From positions 1 through 10,004 of the forward strand of contig JANPJS010000297.1 in NCBI GenBank assembly GCA_031425655.1: DNA of 10,004 bases, written 5' to 3'. A model generated the notes under the pieces. It had not been told where the DNA came from. It did no database searches and saw only the letters and a list, made by a program, of their open reading frames with translations. The DNA is from Abditibacteriaceae bacterium (GTDB taxonomy: Bacteria > Armatimonadota > Abditibacteriia > Abditibacteriales > Abditibacteriaceae). A program made the translations under genes and the position numbers. Numbering within the stretch: the first letter of the stretch is position 1; each line of letters opens with the position of its first letter. Of the stretch, positions 6,992-10,004 are shown piece by piece.

Positions 6992-8758
6992 TCATAGCTT
7001 TTCCGAGCGCCGCGCTTCTTTGATGTTGAGGCGCAGCGACACGTTGTCCTTCCAATGATTCATTTCGGGCACGAAAATCAGGTCTATTTCGCTGCCGTAA
7101 GCCAAATCGGCGGCGCGTGCGCCGGGACTCCACCACACGGCGGAAAAGCGGCGCCCGTCGGCTTCGAGCGACCACGCCAGATGATCGCCGGTTTTGCCGA
7201 TGGGCCGGCTTTCCAACAATCGCGCGCCCTGCAAAAGCAAGCGCGGCTCGTGATTGCCCGCGCCGCACGGCTCCAATTTTTCAAATTCGCGCGCCAATTG
7301 CACCGATACATCGCGCCCTTGCACCGCGCAGTCGGCTTCGACGGCCAAAACCAAATCTTCCATGCGCAACCCGTCTGCCGCGACTTGCAAGGCGCGCTCG
7401 CGGAATTCCGGTAAATGCGCCTCGTCCAATGTCAAGCCGCACGCCGCCTGATGGCCGCCGCCTTCGCGGAGCAAATCGCGCGTGGCATCAAGAATCGAAT
7501 GCAAATCGAACTTGCCGACGCTGCGACCGCTGCCATGCGCCACGCCGCCTTCGCAGTTCAAAACTATCGCCGGACGGCCATAAAGCTCGGTCAGGCGATT
7601 CGCCACCAAACCCACGACGCCGCGCGGCCAATCGGTGCCGACGACAATCGTCAGCATATCCACTTCCCAATTGCAGTCGCGGTCGGCGATGGCAATCGCT
7701 TGCTCGAAAATGCGCCGCGTTAATTCCTGTCGCTCTTTATTATGCACTTCCAATTCGTCGGCTAAAGCGGCGGCTTCGCCTAAATCGGTCGCCATCAGCA
7801 GATTGAAGGCTTTGCGCGGCGAAGCCATGCGTCCGGCGGCGTTGAGGCGCGGCGCGAGGGTAAATCCGACTTGGCGCCCGGTCAGCGTGTCGTTGTTGAT
7901 TTTCAAGCCCGCCGAGCGAATCAGTTCACGAAGTCCGAGCTTTTTGGTTTGCGCCAGTTGCTTCAAGCCTTCGCGCGCCAAGATGCGATTTTCATCGCGC
8001 AACGGCACGCAGTCGGCCACGGCGGCCAGCGCGGCCAATTCGACGAACTTGTCTTGAAACGAGGGCGCGTATTTCGGCCAATGGCGCAGCAAAAGCGCCT
8101 GCATGACCTTGAAAGCCACGCCGCAGCCGCTTAATTCGCGGAAGCCGTAACGCGAATCGGCGCGCTTTGGATTAATAACCGCTAAAGCTTCGGGCAGCGT
8201 TGCGTCCGGCTCGTGATGGTCGGTGATGATGAGATCGAGACCGATGGCTTTGGCGTGCCTTGCCGCTTCGTGCGCCGTGATGCCGCAGTCAGCGGAGAGA
8301 ATCAGAGCGGCACCGGCAGCTTTGGCTTCGTCCACGGCGGCGGGATTAAGGCCGTAACCTTCGTGCCGTTCGGGAATGCGCGGCACCACGCTGGCGCCGA
8401 TGGCGCGCAAGGCGCGCGTGAGCAAAGCCGCCGAAGTCACGCCGTCCACGTCGTAATCGCCGAAAACCCAGATTTGCTCGCCGTTTTGAATCGCTTGGTG
8501 CAATCGCGCGATAGCCGGTTCGATGTCGGGCAAGTCGAACGGGTCGAGCAAACCGTCGCACGACGGATCGAAAAACGCGCTTATTTGCGCCGCCGTGATA
8601 TAACCGCGCTCGCGCAGAATCGCCGCTGTGACAGGCGTAATGCGGCAATGGCGCGCGACTTCAAGATCAGCGGCGTTCGGTTCGGTGCGAGCGATCCAAC
8701 GCGCAGCGGAAAGCGCGGGACGACGGACAGGTGAAGGAGAAAGAGTTGCGACGGACAT
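6992..8758 (-). CDS. recJ: Single-stranded-DNA-specific exonuclease RecJ (588 aa)
   Basis: DHH-family motifs GDYDVDG, ADCG, TDHH, NPK, LSGCGVAFK, AVADCVPL..ENR and PRLNAAGR; DHHA1 motifs GSGRS and GGH; LEPCGAGN and a C-terminal OB fold. Confidence 0.97.
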   Translation of the reverse strand: MSVATLSPSPVRRPALSAARWIARTEPNAADLEVARHCRITPVTAAILRERGYITAAQISAFFDPSCDGLLDPFDLPDIEPAIARLHQAIQNGEQIWVFGDYDVDGVTSAALLTRALRAIGASVVPRIPERHEGYGLNPAAVDEAKAAGAALILSADCGITAHEAARHAKAIGLDLIITDHHEPDATLPEALAVINPKRADSRYGFRELSGCGVAFKVMQALLLRHWPKYAPSFQDKFVELAALAAVADCVPLRDENRILAREGLKQLAQTKKLGLRELIRSAGLKINNDTLTGRQVGFTLAPRLNAAGRMASPRKAFNLLMATDLGEAAALADELEVHNKERQELTRRIFEQAIAIADRDCNWEVDMLTIVVGTDWPRGVVGLVANRLTELYGRPAIVLNCEGGVAHGSGRSVGKFDLHSILDATRDLLREGGGHQAACGLTLDEAHLPEFRERALQVAADGLRMEDLVLAVEADCAVQGRDVSVQLAREFEKLEPCGAGNHEPRLLLQGARLLESRPIGKTGDHLAWSLEADGRRFSAVWWSPGARAADLAYGSEIDLIFVPEMNHWKDNVSLRLNIKEARRSEKL

Positions 8759-8816
8759 GGCGTTTCGGCGATTTGATGGCGATGAAAACTACGATGGGAT
8801 TGTGCTTTAGAGAATA

Positions 8817-9740
8817 TCACAGAAGGCGGACTGAACGCCGACGCGAGTCGGAACCCTTCTGAAGTAGGTTCCTAAAACCCCGCGACGATTTTCGATAGCC
8901 CAGAAATAGCAGCCGCCAAATCTTATTGGGCTGCTTCTTTTCTGCTGCCTCAATAGCAGCCTGCAATTCTGGCCCAATTTCGTCTAAGATAGCAGGAGCG
9001 AATCGGGTATTTTTTAGTGCCACAAGATCATCTTGTCGAGATTTAATAAGTCCACGAGCCGCAATCACATACAATCGCCTAAATTCTGCGCCCCACGGAT
9101 CGTCAACCCGATACCATGGGTAGCCAAAAGCACGAAAATACTGAAAATCCGCTTTTTTAATGTCTCCCAAGTCATAGGCTACGCGGCCCAATTCAATGGT
9201 TTGGTAAACGAGCCTCCTGTCTACATCAATCTGCAATTTATTAAGCAGGTCAGAGGCCTGGGTGCGTGATTCCAGCTCTTTTTGCTTGTCCTTTTTCATA
9301 CTCCATAGAAGTGCCTTTTGCTCGTATAAATAAGCGGCAAGGCTTGGCCTGCCATAAATCAGCGGCAAAACAGCATCAATGACGCGATGCGAATTCGTGA
9401 AAGCATTAGGCACGACGGGCGCCGGCACATTAATGCCGCGAGCCTCGTTAAAAACCCAGGTCTTTACCATTGCCATGACTGAATCGTCCGTCACGCAAGA
9501 CTCTGCCTGCAAACGCCTCATGACGGCTTGCTCCAACGGTTTCGGGTCTTCACCCCTGCCTTGAATACGTATCTCCTGACCATGAACCCAAGCTTCGAAT
9601 TGCTTTGAATTCAGTTGCGCAACAGCATGGGAATCTGCTGGAGCATCGTTCTTTTGTTCCTGAGCCTGTGTCAAGCAAGGGAGCATCCACAGCGATAACG
9701 CAGTCAGCACACTCTTTTTCGATAGTTTGAATCGGCGCAT
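8817..9740 (-). CDS. Hypothetical secreted alpha-helical (possibly TPR-like) protein, ~307 aa
   Basis: Long open frame. The start is reassigned from 9857 to ATG 9740 because GGAGG lies just upstream and MRRFKLSKKSVLTALSLWMLPCLTQA-QE looks like a signal peptide. ELGRVAYDLGDIKKADFQYFRA is TPR-like. Confidence 0.7.
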   Translation of the reverse strand: MRRFKLSKKSVLTALSLWMLPCLTQAQEQKNDAPADSHAVAQLNSKQFEAWVHGQEIRIQGRGEDPKPLEQAVMRRLQAESCVTDDSVMAMVKTWVFNEARGINVPAPVVPNAFTNSHRVIDAVLPLIYGRPSLAAYLYEQKALLWSMKKDKQKELESRTQASDLLNKLQIDVDRRLVYQTIELGRVAYDLGDIKKADFQYFRAFGYPWYRVDDPWGAEFRRLYVIAARGLIKSRQDDLVALKNTRFAPAILDEIGPELQAAIEAAEKKQPNKIWRLLFLGYRKSSRGFRNLLQKGSDSRRRSVRLL

Positions 9741-9878
9741 TAATCCTCCATCGGAACCAGCAGTTAAATTGAATGCCCGCTTTTGCATGAGGCGGAGTTT
9801 AGCGGCAGCAAGCGGCGGACGGGCGCAACGCGAATTAAATCCGCAGGGCAAACGCATTGCTTCCCCAGCCTGCTCGCT

Positions 9879-9936
9879 GGCGATTGAAATCGCGGCTCAG
9901 GGCGCCTGTGGCGCCGATAGTCCGCCTACGCGGACT
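9879..9936 (-). repeat. REP-like palindromic extragenic element
   Basis: The minus strand reads AGTCCGC-GTAG-GCGGACT atc GGCGCC-aca-GGCGCC ctg AGCCGCGATTTCAATCGCC, giving three adjacent hairpins. The outer two match a dispersed repeat type I recall from several soil and aquatic bacterial phyla (unverified). Confidence 0.7.
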
Positions 9937-10004
9937 GAATTTCGAGCTAAATCTTGTGTCGGCGCAGGCCGGGCGCCCTCTGGGCAGAATCAGCCGTAGG
10001 CTCT

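Noticed and set aside
5927..7004. Similar gene ends of recJ (EKL*) and the nuclease (EKR*) as a target-site duplication
   Set aside because: The match is only ~12 nt with several mismatches, too weak to call.
30..8810. Numerous plus-strand and alternative-frame ORFs (e.g. 615..1109, 2423..3136, 3885..4634, 4977..5513, 7117..7806, 8213..8734)
   Set aside because: They are shadows of well-supported minus-strand genes in GC-rich DNA and have no recognisable motifs.
8831..8854. Hammerhead-like CTGAACG-stem-GAAC
   Set aside because: It does not match the CUGANGA / GAAA core, and no convincing stem I/III arrangement is present.
9741..9857. ORF-track start at 9857 for the orphan gene
   Set aside because: The 39-aa extension precedes a good SD and signal peptide at 9740 and lies in palindrome-rich intergenic DNA.
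9940..10004. Possible 3' end of an upstream minus-strand gene
   Set aside because: It is too short to choose a frame or assign a product.

Overview
Bacterial window in which every credible gene is on the minus strand. In transcription order (right to left): a REP-like palindromic element (~9.9 kb), an orphan secreted alpha-helical protein, recJ, a lower-GC translationally coupled pair (RusA-family nuclease and a PD-(D/E)XK nuclease with a pPIWI-associated-nuclease-like C-terminus), and a Tat-signal, two-domain peroxiredoxin-like gene. The ORF track splits that last gene in two. It is most likely one selenoprotein, with an in-frame UGA at the peroxidatic position followed by a SECIS-like hairpin. 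Two large secreted proteins follow in tandem, with unrelated N-termini fused at the same Pro linker to a near-identical TolB/PD40 beta-propeller module; the second is missing from the ORF track and runs off the window. A second copy of the peroxiredoxin 3' end lies 3096 bp away, so the first secreted gene sits in a unit bounded by direct repeats, resembling an integrated or duplicated cassette. All family assignments are by motif recognition; no searches were run.
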